Of a stretch of 64,000 nucleotides of DNA, positions 37,739 through 49,329 are shown piece by piece. Position 1 is the stretch's first letter; each line of letters starts with the position of its first letter. Both the position numbers and the translations under genes were made by a program. The DNA comes from Basidiobolus meristosporus CBS 931.73 (Eukaryota > Fungi > Basidiobolomycota): contig MCFE01000111.1 in assembly GCA_002104905.1 (NCBI GenBank), positions 1 through 64,000 on the forward strand, written 5' to 3'. Under the pieces are notes generated by a model that was not told the origin of the DNA, ran no database searches, and worked only from the letters and a program-made list of their open reading frames with translations.

Positions 37739-40700
37739 TGTAGTGGGGTGACAGTGACACCCACTGACAGATGTGCTCATTCCCATATTTTCTACTTCCC
37801 TATATCTCTACTACACTTATTCTAGTTTTATCCCATTTGTCTTACCTAATCAGTACTATCCCATAAGCTGGTTAACTATCACACATGATTACCTTATTGC
37901 ATAAGTTACCCCTGCTATATTAGGCAGGTACCTGCACCAGTACCTGTGTCACATGACCAACCTGTGTCCCCATCCCTACCACTTCCATACCATATATGGT
38001 ATCCCTATGTTACACAGGTTTCAGAATACTGATTCCTGATTGGTTGGATGTGCTGTGCCTCTTAGAGCCTTCCGGCACCTACTTAGAACATTCTTAGGTC
38101 ATTCTAATGTCATTAAGAATTCTATTGATATCCAGAACCTTCTGGAACACCATGACTAGTAATCACTTAGCCAGCAAGAAAAGTATATAAGGGAGGCTAT
38201 CCCTCAACAATAAATCATTATCCCTTTTATCAATATATCAACTTGTTGATTAGTGTGATCACTGCTACCTGCTGCTACCTGAACTTCCAACCCCAGACCA
38301 CAGGACACTCCCAGGAAACTGCGCTGACAGCCAACTGACCTTGAAGGCACTACTTGTGAGGAATACTCAGAGTAGGTATCTTTTATTATATTTGATTCTT
38401 TCCCAAGTTTGTTCTTGTACAGGCAAAGATACTTTTCTGTCTTTGTAACTATTGAACACAGATGCATTCTGATCAATTCTCTGCTTGTGGAGTTTACAGT
38501 TGTTTTGACTTTGGAAGCTTTAGTACATTGTCATCTCAAAGGATGCTGAACCCAGCACATACTTTTGTTAAGACACCAACTAAGTTGGGGATTGTAGCTC
38601 AATTGTTTTCCCTTGACAAGCTTATGGCTTTATTCCCCTTCACATTAGATTAGAGTCAGAACCCAAGTATTCCTAGCAAGCTTTTGCCAGAGGTAATTGT
38701 ACCCAGTGAACACCCCACACACAAAACTCTTGAGAAGTGTTGGACGTATCTCTCCCTTGGACCTATACACCACCACATATTTGGCACCCAATGTGGGGGG
38801 TTCATACAAGCTCCCTAGGACCCAACAAGATTTTCCTGAAGATTTGAGCTGTTATCCACTTATTGAAATAAGACTACAGATATTATCAAGATTACAACAC
38901 CAACCTACCTGCCCAAAATGAATTCTATGCCATTACCACTCTCACATGGAGCCCCACAGTTTGATGGAAAGAATGTGGAAAGCTTCATATTCAAATGGGA
39001 GAATCTCTGCAAGATGTGCAGCCTATCTGAGCAAGAAATGGCTGAAGACTTCCCCTACTACTGCACCAATGATATTACCACTAAGCTTCTCTGACAAGGA
39101 GACATTCTCACTGATTGGGCCTTAATGAAGACATACCTACTGACCAAGTATGGTAGACCCCAGATATACAATGGAATTGAAGACCTCAGACACTTTGGAA
39201 GGACTGGACTTTCCAAGCTACCACTTAAGGAGTTCATTCAACAGTATGAAGATATTAGACTTGTTCCGTTGGATAGTGCCACATTGAGCCATGAGTGCCA
39301 AATGATGCCATAGTGTGCCGGAGAGGTCAAATGAGCCTATACTTGGCCACAGAGTGTGAAACATAGCTCTGCATCTTCATGTAAAGCAGCCCCTGTGTTT
39401 CACCCATTGCACAGGAGAAAATCCATTTTTTGACATTTTTTTGTGGATCAATGTAGCTCAGGATGTGTAAGAGCACAGGAGAACTGAAGATATGCATCTG
39501 GTACTCAATACCCATGGCACTCTGAGTCTAGCTCCTGTAGCTTGTATCATGTCACAAAAATGAATGGCACTATCTTGGTCCACTGGTACTATCTGGCACT
39601 ATATTTAAATATTAGCCCTAAAGTAAGATCTATACAAAGCACTTATAGTGCCAGATAGTACCAGTGGACCAAGATAGTGCCATTCATTTTTGTGACATGA
39701 TACAAGCTACAGGAGCTAGATTCAGAGTGCCATGGGTATTGAGTACCAGATGCATATTTTCAATCTGCTTGTGCTCTAATACATCCTGCACAACATTGAT
39801 CCAAAAAAAAAGGTCAAAAAATGGATTTTCTCCAACACAATGAGTGAAACACAAGGGCTGCTTTGCATGAAGATGTGGAGCTATGTTTCACACTCTGTGG
39901 CCAGGTAGAGGCTCAATTGGCCTCTCTGGCACACTATGGCATCATTTGGCACTCATGGCTCAATGTGGCACTATCCAATGGAACAAGTCTATTGCCAAGC
40001 CACTCCTAGAGTCCCAGGCTATAACTGAGTTTACCATGACACTTTACCTTGCACAAGGGCTTCCCCAGGACTTGGCAAGGAAGGTTGACTTACATGTAGC
40101 CAAGGATGACAAGTCTGGCATTCCTTGCTTTGCAGAGATGAAACATGTTCTCCTAGAGGCAAAGCAAACTTCCACCTTTATGAGACTCCTGACATCCAAT
40201 CTGCCAGACCAGTCAACCAAGGAGCCAAGGTGTGCTGTTGCTGACAATCAGACCTACACTACCAACAGAATTGACCAACTTGCTGTACAGCTACAAAAGC
40301 TAGCCCTCAAGATTAATGGCTTGGCTGAGGTAGCTACTGAGGGCCAAAGACCTTTGCCCAGACACAGCATCTGGTGTGACTCTACTCAGCATGCCAGACA
40401 AGAATGCTCAGAGTTTAGTCAGCTACTCAGCAAAGGAGCAGTACAGTTTGATGCTGATGAAATGCTTGCTGACAAGGAAGGAAGAAGGATTCCCACTAAT
40501 TCCAGAAGAGGAGGGATGAGAGCCCTTTTCCAGAAATCTGACTCAGCAACCAGAAATATTACTGTTGATGTCCCTATTGGGACTCATACAGTGAATCCAA
40601 GCAGCCCTGACAACAGACAATACAAAGTTGATGCCTTTGCTACCAAAAGACACCTCTCTGAAGAACCTGCCAAACCCATCCCTAGAAGACCACAATTTGA

Positions 40701-43700
40701 AGAACCTGAAGTTGTTATTGACAAGAGGCCTAGTATGCTGCCCACCCAAGTTCCATTGCCTCACTTTCAGATGACCACAAAGATAGCAAGCTACACAAGC
40801 CCTCAACTGAATACTGAGAAGCTGCTGAAGTGGAACCTCACTTTGTTGGTTGGAGAAGTCATGAGTGTATCCCCATCTGTTAAGAAGACCTTTGATGAGC
40901 AGCTTAGAACAAGACAACAAGCTGTTGAACATATGGACACCCATATAATTCAGACAAACCATGAAGTTCACCAAAAGGATGACAACACTACTGAATATAA
41001 GACCTTTTACTCAGTTGCAACTGCTATGGTGAAAGGGTATATATATGATGACCCTGTTGACTGCAATATTGACAGTGGCCCAGAGATTTGTGTTATGCCA
41101 CTAGACTTCAGGAAGACACTTAGAGGCAAGGAGCTACTGCCTGTTGATAAAGATATTGGATGGAACATGACTGATGCAAACTCAGGATCTAGTCCACTCT
41201 ATGGTGTATTCACAAGTCCCCTATTGAGGTCAAAGGAATCATGGTCTGGCTTCCCCACTTCATCTGCCAGAAGGCTGACTTTGACCTTCTGCTAGGTAGA
41301 CCATGGGAAGCCAGTACCAGGGCTACAACTACCAACTATTCCAATGGATCAGTATGGTACACCATACAAGGATCAAACCCAGGACTACAGTCAACCTTGC
41401 GTGGTGTAACACCCAACAATAAGAGGACCCATACTGCTTGCCAGAAGACACATCTTGTTATAGAAGAAGAAGAGGAGCCTGACAATATACACCCCAACAT
41501 TTGGAGCTGCTCATTAGGTATACAGGAGCAGACAGCTATGGTTAAAACAAAATACAAGACAGTGGAACAAAAGATTAGACCATCACTTACACCTTTGACT
41601 GATGGATCTCAACCTGCTGCTTACATTAGACCACCAGAAGAAACGCCAGAAGATATACAACTTACACCTGAGAGACTTAAGCAACTTATCATTAGTGATG
41701 GAAACCTAACATCAGAGGAGATACTGTTATTTGAATAAACCTTAAAAAGGCATGATAAGACCTTCTCATATAATGACAAGGAGATGGGACTCTTAAAGAC
41801 ATCAGTTGAAAAACCCATCAAGATTCTTACAGTGCCCCACACACCCTGGTCATTTAAGCCTTACCCACTGCCCAGAGGTCTCCAAGCTGATGTGCATGAC
41901 CTACTCTAGAAGAAGATAGAAGCTGGTATCCTAGAACCTTGCCATGGACCTTATGCTAACCAATGATTTGTGACCAAAAAGAAGAATGGAAAGCTCCAAT
42001 TCATTCAAGACATGCATCCTGCAAATGCTCTCACTATAAGAGATGCTGCTATACCTCCATCTATTGATGACTTTGCAGAAAGCTTTAGTGGCCACTCCAT
42101 CTACTCAACATACAATCTCTACTCAGGATATGACCAGATCCCCCTTGATGAGACATCAAGAGATATGTTTGCACTACAGACACCATTTGGACTATTAGGG
42201 ATGGCAAGACTCAGCCAAGGGGCTACAAACTCCATGGCTCAGTTCCAGAGATGCATGGTGAATGTGCTGTATCAATTTATATCTGAGAAGCTTGCTGTCT
42301 TTGTTGATGACATGGGCATCAAAGGACCAAAAATCTGGGACACCACTGAAGTTATGCCTGGAGTAAGAAAGTTTGTCTATGTCCATATTTCAGAAAATGA
42401 TGCCATATTAGGAGCCATTGAAGAAGCTGGACTCACCATCAGTGGTGAGAAAAGCAGCTTTGGTGTATCAGAGATATTGATTGATGGACAAAAATGCAAC
42501 ACCTTTGGTTGTTCACCTGTAGACTCCAAGACACAAAAGATATGCTATACAGAGAAAGAATACCCCATTTATCTGGGGAGAAGAGCAAGAAGAAGCCATG
42601 CAGTTACTGAAAGAGGCCTTAGTATCTCCACCAGTTCTAAGACCTCTTGACTATCAGAACACTGAATGCCCACCTATTCTCACAGTGGATGCAAGCCCTA
42701 TAGGAGCTGGAGCACTACTTGGCCAAGATGATGAAGATGGCAACCACTATGCCTGCAGATATGAGAGCTGCCTATTCTCTTCTAGAGAACAAAGATACTC
42801 ACAGATTAAGAGAGAGCAACTAGGAGCTGTGAAGATGCTGAGGAAGCTGAAGTCACAAATCTACATGACACATTTCATCCTGGAGACAGATCCCAAGCCA
42901 CTTATAGGAATGATCAACAAGTCTGACATACCTGATGATGCCACAAACCAATGGATGGCATGGCTGAAAATGTTTGACTTTGAGGTCAGAAATATTGCTG
43001 GCAAGACAAATGTTGTGGCTGATACACTCCCCAGGAAGGGACCACTATTATTTCAACACTTGGACCCTCACTTTGATAATATTATTGATGCAGAGATCCA
43101 ACAGATTGCCATCAAAGACCAAGAGAGAACTACCTGGAGTTTGATCAACAAATATCTAAGGTCACTTAAAAAACCTAGTTGGATGGAAATTCAGGAGTTT
43201 AGAAAACTCAGGAAGAAGGTACACCACTACCATCTCAAAGATGATCTTCTCTTTAAGCAAATGAAGCCTGGACTTATGCCAAGAAGAGTAGTCACTACCC
43301 CACAAGAGCAACTGAACATCATGACAAATATCCACCAAGGAGAACCAGGAGGACATAGAGGACAAGAAGCCACCTACAATACCACAGCTCAGAGGTACTA
43401 CTGGGAAAACCTGTACTATGATATCCAACACTTTGTTGAGTCATGTGTAGCCTGCCAGAAGAGATCCTCCAAGCGTTATGAAGAACCACTGCATCCTACT
43501 TACACAATCTGTCTATGGCAAAAGGTTGGTATTGACCTTGTCCACATGCCAACAGCTGGATCAAAAAAGTACCTGATTATTGCTAGAGATGACCTTAGTG
43601 GATGGGCAGAGGCTCAAGCCTTGCCCAACAACAAGAGCCATACCATATGGAGATTTATACTTGAAGACATTAACTGCAGATTTGGCTGCATACAACAGTT

Positions 43701-45506
43701 TATTGCTGACAGAGGAGAGATGACATCCCAAATAATCCAGGAGTTGTGCTCAAAGTACAAGATACACATTTCTTTTACAACAGCTTACCACCCTCAAGCC
43801 AATGGAATGATAGAGAGAGGACATGGACCATTGGTGAACTCTCTTGTCAAGACCTGTGAAAATAACACAACTCTGTGGCCATAGAAATTACATCTTACAC
43901 TCTGGGCAGATAGAATTACTACCAAGAAAACAACTGGATTATTGCCATTCAAGCTACTCTACAGACATGACTGCATACTACCAGTTGAGTTAAACACAGT
44001 CACTTGGAGCTCATTAAATTGATGATCCAATATGCAGACTGAAGACCTCCTTGCAACTTGCATACAGCAACTAGATCACTGTAACTTAAATATCAGCAGA
44101 GCTGCTGAACAACTTAAGGATACACAACTGAAGAACAAGGTGTTCTTTCACAAATCACACCCAACAAGACCAAAACCACTATCATTAGGAGACCCAGTAT
44201 TACTCTATGATTCCACCTTGGACAAACAATGGAGTTGGAAGTTTGACAACAAATGGACTGGCCCCTACCTCATTTCCAAAGTGACTGGAAATGGAAGTTA
44301 TTACATATCCAAGCTTGACAGCACCCAGTTGAGAGCACCAGTTGCAGGAAACCAACTTAAGTTATTCAAGCATAGGAATCTTGCACATCAAGATTAGTTT
44401 GCGGTGACCCAAGCTCAAAGCTGAGAGGGGGTGGATGTAGTAGGGTGACAGTGACACCCACTGACAGATGTGCTCATTCCCATATTTTCTACTTCCCTAT
44501 ATCTCTACTACACTTATTTGAGTTTTATCCCATTTGTCTTACCTGATCAGTACTATCCCATAAGCCAGTTGACTATCACACCTGCTTACCTTATTGCATA
44601 AGTTACCCCTCACTTTATGTAAGATTCCTAGCTATAAGGGCTTCTATATTAGGCAAGTACCTGTGCCAGTACCCATGACACATGATCAGCCTGTGTCACC
44701 ATCCCTACCACTTCCATACCATATATGGTCTCCCTATGTTACAAAGGTTTCAGAATACTGATTCCTGATTGGTTGGATGTGCTGTGCCTCTTAGAACCTT
44801 CCAGCACCTACTTAGAACATTCTTAGGTCATTCTGATGTCATTAAGAATTCTATTGATATCCAGAACCTTCTGGAACACCATGACCAGTAATCACTTAGC
44901 CAGCAAGAAAAGTATATAGGGGAGGCAATCCCTCAACAATAAATCATCATCCCTTTTATCAATATACCAACTTGTTGATTAGTGTGATCACTGCTACCTG
45001 CTGCTACCTGAACTTCTAACCCCAGACCACAGGACACTCCCAGGAAACTGCGCTGACAGCCAACTGACCTTGAAGGCACTACTTGTGAGGAATACTCAGA
45101 GTAGGTATCTTTTATTATATTTGATTCTTTCCCAAGTTTGTTCTTGTACAGGCAAAGATACTTTTCTGTCTTTGTAACTATTGAACACAGATGCATTCTG
45201 ATCAATTCTCTGCTTGTGGAGTTTACAGTTGTTTTGACTTTGGAAGCTTTAGTACATTGTCATCTCAAAGGATGCTGAACCCAGCACATACTTTTGTTAA
45301 GACACCAACTAAGTTGGGGATTGTAGCTCAATTGTTTTCCCTTGACAAGCTTATGGCTTTATTCCCCTTCACATTAGATTAGAGTCAGAACCCAAGTATT
45401 CCTAGCAAGCTTTTGCCAGAGGTTATCACACCCAGTGAACACCCCACACACAAAACACTTGAGAAGTGTTGGACATATCTCTCCCTTTGGCCTATACACC
45501 ACCACA
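37739..45506 (+). mobile_element. Full-length but inactivated Ty3/gypsy LTR retrotransposon (family 1)
   Basis: LTRs 37739-38777 and 44436-45506 (TGTAGT...CCACA); TSD ATGC on both sides; PBS 38782-38798; PPT GAGAGGGGGTGGA before 44436; gag APQFDGKNV, protease DSGPE, RT VFVDD, RNase H VDASP, integrase HHCC and core; several stops and frameshifts. Confidence 0.95.
39257..39990. mobile_element. Foldback MITE-like element, ~734 bp, inserted in the gypsy gag
   Basis: Arms ~39257-39603 and 39644-39990 are reverse complements (AGACTTGTTCC...GGAACAAGTCT) around a 40-bp loop; removing the element restores the gag frame (QQYEDI-(I)-AKPLLES). Confidence 0.92.
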
Positions 45507-47147
45507 ATGCATTGGGGCTGCATAGCTTCTTAATGCCATAGGTATAGGTGTCACCATGTGCACATTTGTTCTCAGTATTTTCCAAATCTTCCTGTCTGTC
45601 CTCCATGTGCCAACTTATCACATCCATGACAGACTTGAAGGTGATATTCTTGATGAGATTGGGATATGACAGTACCTTCAACTTGATTCATCATCCTATC
45701 TCCCCACACATCTGCTCCACAAGAAACTCCCAAATGTGAAGCAAGACCCAATATTCTCCACACACCATGCAAGATGGAGTAGAGAAATGATACAGTAGCA
45801 GCAGAGATCTACACATTCAGCTTTATGCTTGAAGTATAGCCACTCAAATCCTGTCACAAACATGTTGCATAACAGCTATAGATGCATCAAGTTGGCATTG
45901 GTGATCCGCTTCTGGATAAATATCCCTACAATGTCCACATATGACTCCCAATGCTTCCAATGTACTCTAGGTAGGAATGGCTTCAGAATGCCACTTGAAT
46001 AAATACATATCAAGCTCATCCAGTCTTTGCATTAGTATTGTCTCATATGCATATCAATATTGAATGGAGCCTGTGAGAAGTACTTAGTGTAGCAGTTACT
46101 CTGTAATATCTTGCCAATTTGTTCAAATTTCTCCAGAATCTCAAAGGGCTCATTTAGCTTGAAATGCCCCATGTACAACTTGGTCATCAGTATAGGGATA
46201 TTGTTGAAGAGCAAATGCATTGCTTCCAGCAGAAAGCTTTTGCTCCAGCAGATACCCTCTATCTTACGTATCTCTGGTTTCCAATTGATTCCATATTCTG
46301 GCCAATGGCTTTTAGCTTGCCAACTTTGCTGCATTTGCATGCTGACTTCTGTATGTTCTCTCTATGGGAAGATGATTTTCTTGGTACTGGTGTTTGGGTA
46401 ATAATAATTTGTGTGAGTGATGGAGTAAATCCCCTGGATCTCACGCATTTGACAGCAATACCATTCATTGTGCCCAGAAAAGCTGGCTATCTTGCTGATG
46501 GCTGGGGTGTCTTCAATGCAGATAATAATATGCACTTTTACATGATGGCCATTTACTGTTATCCTGCTGGAAAGCATACCAAACTCATCCAGCAATGGAT
46601 ACTGGTAGCTATCCAGGTTGGACAGTGATTTGGGCCCAGATACCAGTGAGACTACCATCATATTGTTGCTCTGATATTGTAAGATGGGTGGCAGATTCAG
46701 ATTGATGAGCATCAGTGGCCGGCAGGATTTGCTAGTAGAGTGCTTGTTTAATGAGAACCCATCAAGTGCTAAGGCAAAGGCATGGTAATTCATACCTTCA
46801 AGGTAGCCCTTGCTTATTAGCTGTTTCTAATGTTTGCCATCAAATATATTGGATATGTTTGTGCCTGATTGATACTGAGTACAGTACTGTATAGCTTTGC
46901 AATACTTGTTGGACTGCATTAGCTTCCTCAGATGGGGTATCATTAATAAATCTGGGGTGTAAACAACATTTTCCCTCAATGGTGGTGGATTGCTGACAGT
47001 TTGGACATGTTGCAATGGTAGTATTTTTGGATGTGAATGCCATGCAACTGTTAACACATGCTGGAATCAGGACAGTCTCTGGATTGTATGTTGCCAGCCA
47101 CATGATGGTTGTCCACTTGTACCATGTACATGGTAAGTGCATCCCGG

Positions 47148-48225
47148 TGTAGTGGGGTCACAGTGACACCCACAGGCAGATGTGCTCATTCTCATACATT
47201 CACTTCCCTAAAAAAGGATTACCCCCCCTTTATTAGTATCATCCCAAATTGCAATATTTTCTATTCTGTCTATGTGATTATTACTATGCAACCTGACAAA
47301 CTATTTGTCACTATTAACCCATTGCACAAGCTATTCCTATTCCTTGCCAAGATGCCAAGATAAGATAGTTACCCTATAAGGCAAGTACCCCAACAGTGCC
47401 CATGTCATGTGACCATTTTGGTTTCATAACCCTCCTATCCCACTACCATAAGAGGCAACCACATGACACAAGGGTTTCATATTACCACTACCTGATTGGC
47501 TAGGTGCTACTATGTCTCATGGAACAATCCGCTAAGAATTTGCGCTATTTTTAGTACACAAAGACATGATTGGTTGTCTACTACCTTCCAGAAACTTCTG
47601 GAAAGTATTTTCTAGCAGGAATTTGAGCAGCAAAAAGTATATAAGAGAGGCTATCCCTTAAAATAAATCATCCCTCTTCCAATATTCCAACTTATTGATT
47701 AGTGAGATCACCGCTACCTATTACCACTATTTTCTGACTCAGACCTGACGACACTCCCAGGAAACCGTGCTGACAGCCAACTGACCTTGGAGGCACTACT
47801 TGTGAGGAGTACTCAGAGTAGGTATATTTTATTATATTTGTTTGTTTTCCCAAGTTTGTTCTTGTACAGGCAAAAATACTTTTCAGTCTTTGTAACTATT
47901 GGTCAAAGCTGCATTCTTATCAAGTCCCTGTTGGTGGAGTTTACAGTTGTTTTGACTTTGGAAGCTTTAGTACATTGTCATCTCAAAGGATGTCAAAGCC
48001 ATTATAAACTTTTGTTAAGACGCCAACTAAGTTGGGGATTGTAGTTCAATAGTTTTCCCTTGACAAGCTTGATGCTTTATCCCCCATCACATTAGATTAG
48101 ACAAAAGACCCAATATTCCTAGCAATCTTTTGCCAGAGGTTATTGCACCCAGTGAACACCCCACACACATTCACACTTGAGAAGTGTTGGCCGTATTTTG
48201 CCCTTTGGACTTATACACCACCACA
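47148..48225 (+). mobile_element. Solo LTR of gypsy family 1 (diverged subfamily)
   Basis: TGTAGTGGGGT...ATACACCACCACA, homologous to 37739-38777; flanked by CCGG on both sides (4-bp TSD). Confidence 0.92.
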
Positions 48226-49329
48226 CCGGAATGATTTTGGCAAGAAGTAGTAGTAAATACTCAAAGCCCCTGTTACTGATATTAGTGGAAATGTGCCACT
48301 TCTCTAGCCACAACATTACATCATTCACCAGTAGATGTATTACTGGGATCACTTGGCTCCATAAAGTATCCTTGGCTTTTGTTTCAACAGGTGTTGTCTC
48401 ATTGCATATTGGGGTTTGACTGGGCTCATATGTGGTACTATTGTTAGCAACAATAGGCTCACAATCCATCAGTGAACCTTCTTTGTCAGAGCTATTACTC
48501 TGTGTGCCATATTCAGAAGGCTGAGGTGAGCCTTAAGGCATCACAAACGCACCTTAATTAATTGGTTTGCCTGCTTGAATCCAGGATAATGATCATGGAA
48601 CAAGTCAAGCTCATTCTGCTTGGCATTCAGTTCCTGATTGTCCCATAGTATGCCAGCCTTGAGGTGATGGCATGCTAGACTTCTGACAGGCTCTTGAATA
48701 TTAGCCCACTCTTCATTATTGCACTCAATGGCTTCACAGATCTTCAATGTCTTTTGATTTTTAGACTTTGTTATAAGCACCACATTGTCTCCCTTCAATG
48801 CTATGATGGGTTTTGCTGTGAACTTTGTCCTTAGGCACTGTTATTGTGCTACAAAGACTGTAGGGTGTTCCTTGGCTGCTACATTGGGAAATGGCTCAAT
48901 TCTTGGCTGTGACATTGAGCTACTTAAGTTCCTTCTTTGCAGCAACCATACTGCTTTCTCTAACTAAGATACTGATTGCTAAACATGTATTATCCATTCA
49001 TCCTGTTTCTGGACTATTTCCTGACTACTCTGGGCCATTGCATCTGCCTATCAGCCACTGAAACTGATTGCTTTGTTAATACTTTGGTATGGGCTGACAA
49101 CATACTTGCTAATATGGGTGGTGGTGATGTTATGACAGCCACTTGTGGGCCTTCAACTGAAGGTACTGCATTTGCCACACTCTCATTTGCCTGCGCATGA
49201 CAGCCTGCTAGCAGCTCCACAGAGGTTCTCAACTGCCTACTTGACTGGGAGCCTGAGGAGTCTGCATTAATACCCCATCAGTATTAGCCAATATCTCTTG
49301 GTATTCATAATGCCTAAAAGTATATATAG

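Larger units (their letters stand above)
36190..49300 (-). mobile_element. CACTA/EnSpm-like (Tnp2/Transposase_21 plus DUF4218-like) relic, fragment 2, split by two gypsy insertions
   Basis: Host segments ~36190-37738, 45507-47147, 48226-~49300; FALALDGF..PLMLINLNLPP..VSGPK..LDSY.YPLLDE and FSGHN..YCC; flanks rejoin into sequence found uninterrupted at ~53820-53860. Termini not identified. Confidence 0.75.

Noticed and set aside
38204-38476. 90-aa ORF repeated at 44933-45205
   Set aside because: Lies within the two LTRs; the solo LTR does not preserve it.
39883-41295. 470-aa ORF as an intact novel protein
   Set aside because: Chimeric: the first ~36 codons come from the MITE arm and the rest is gypsy gag/protease.
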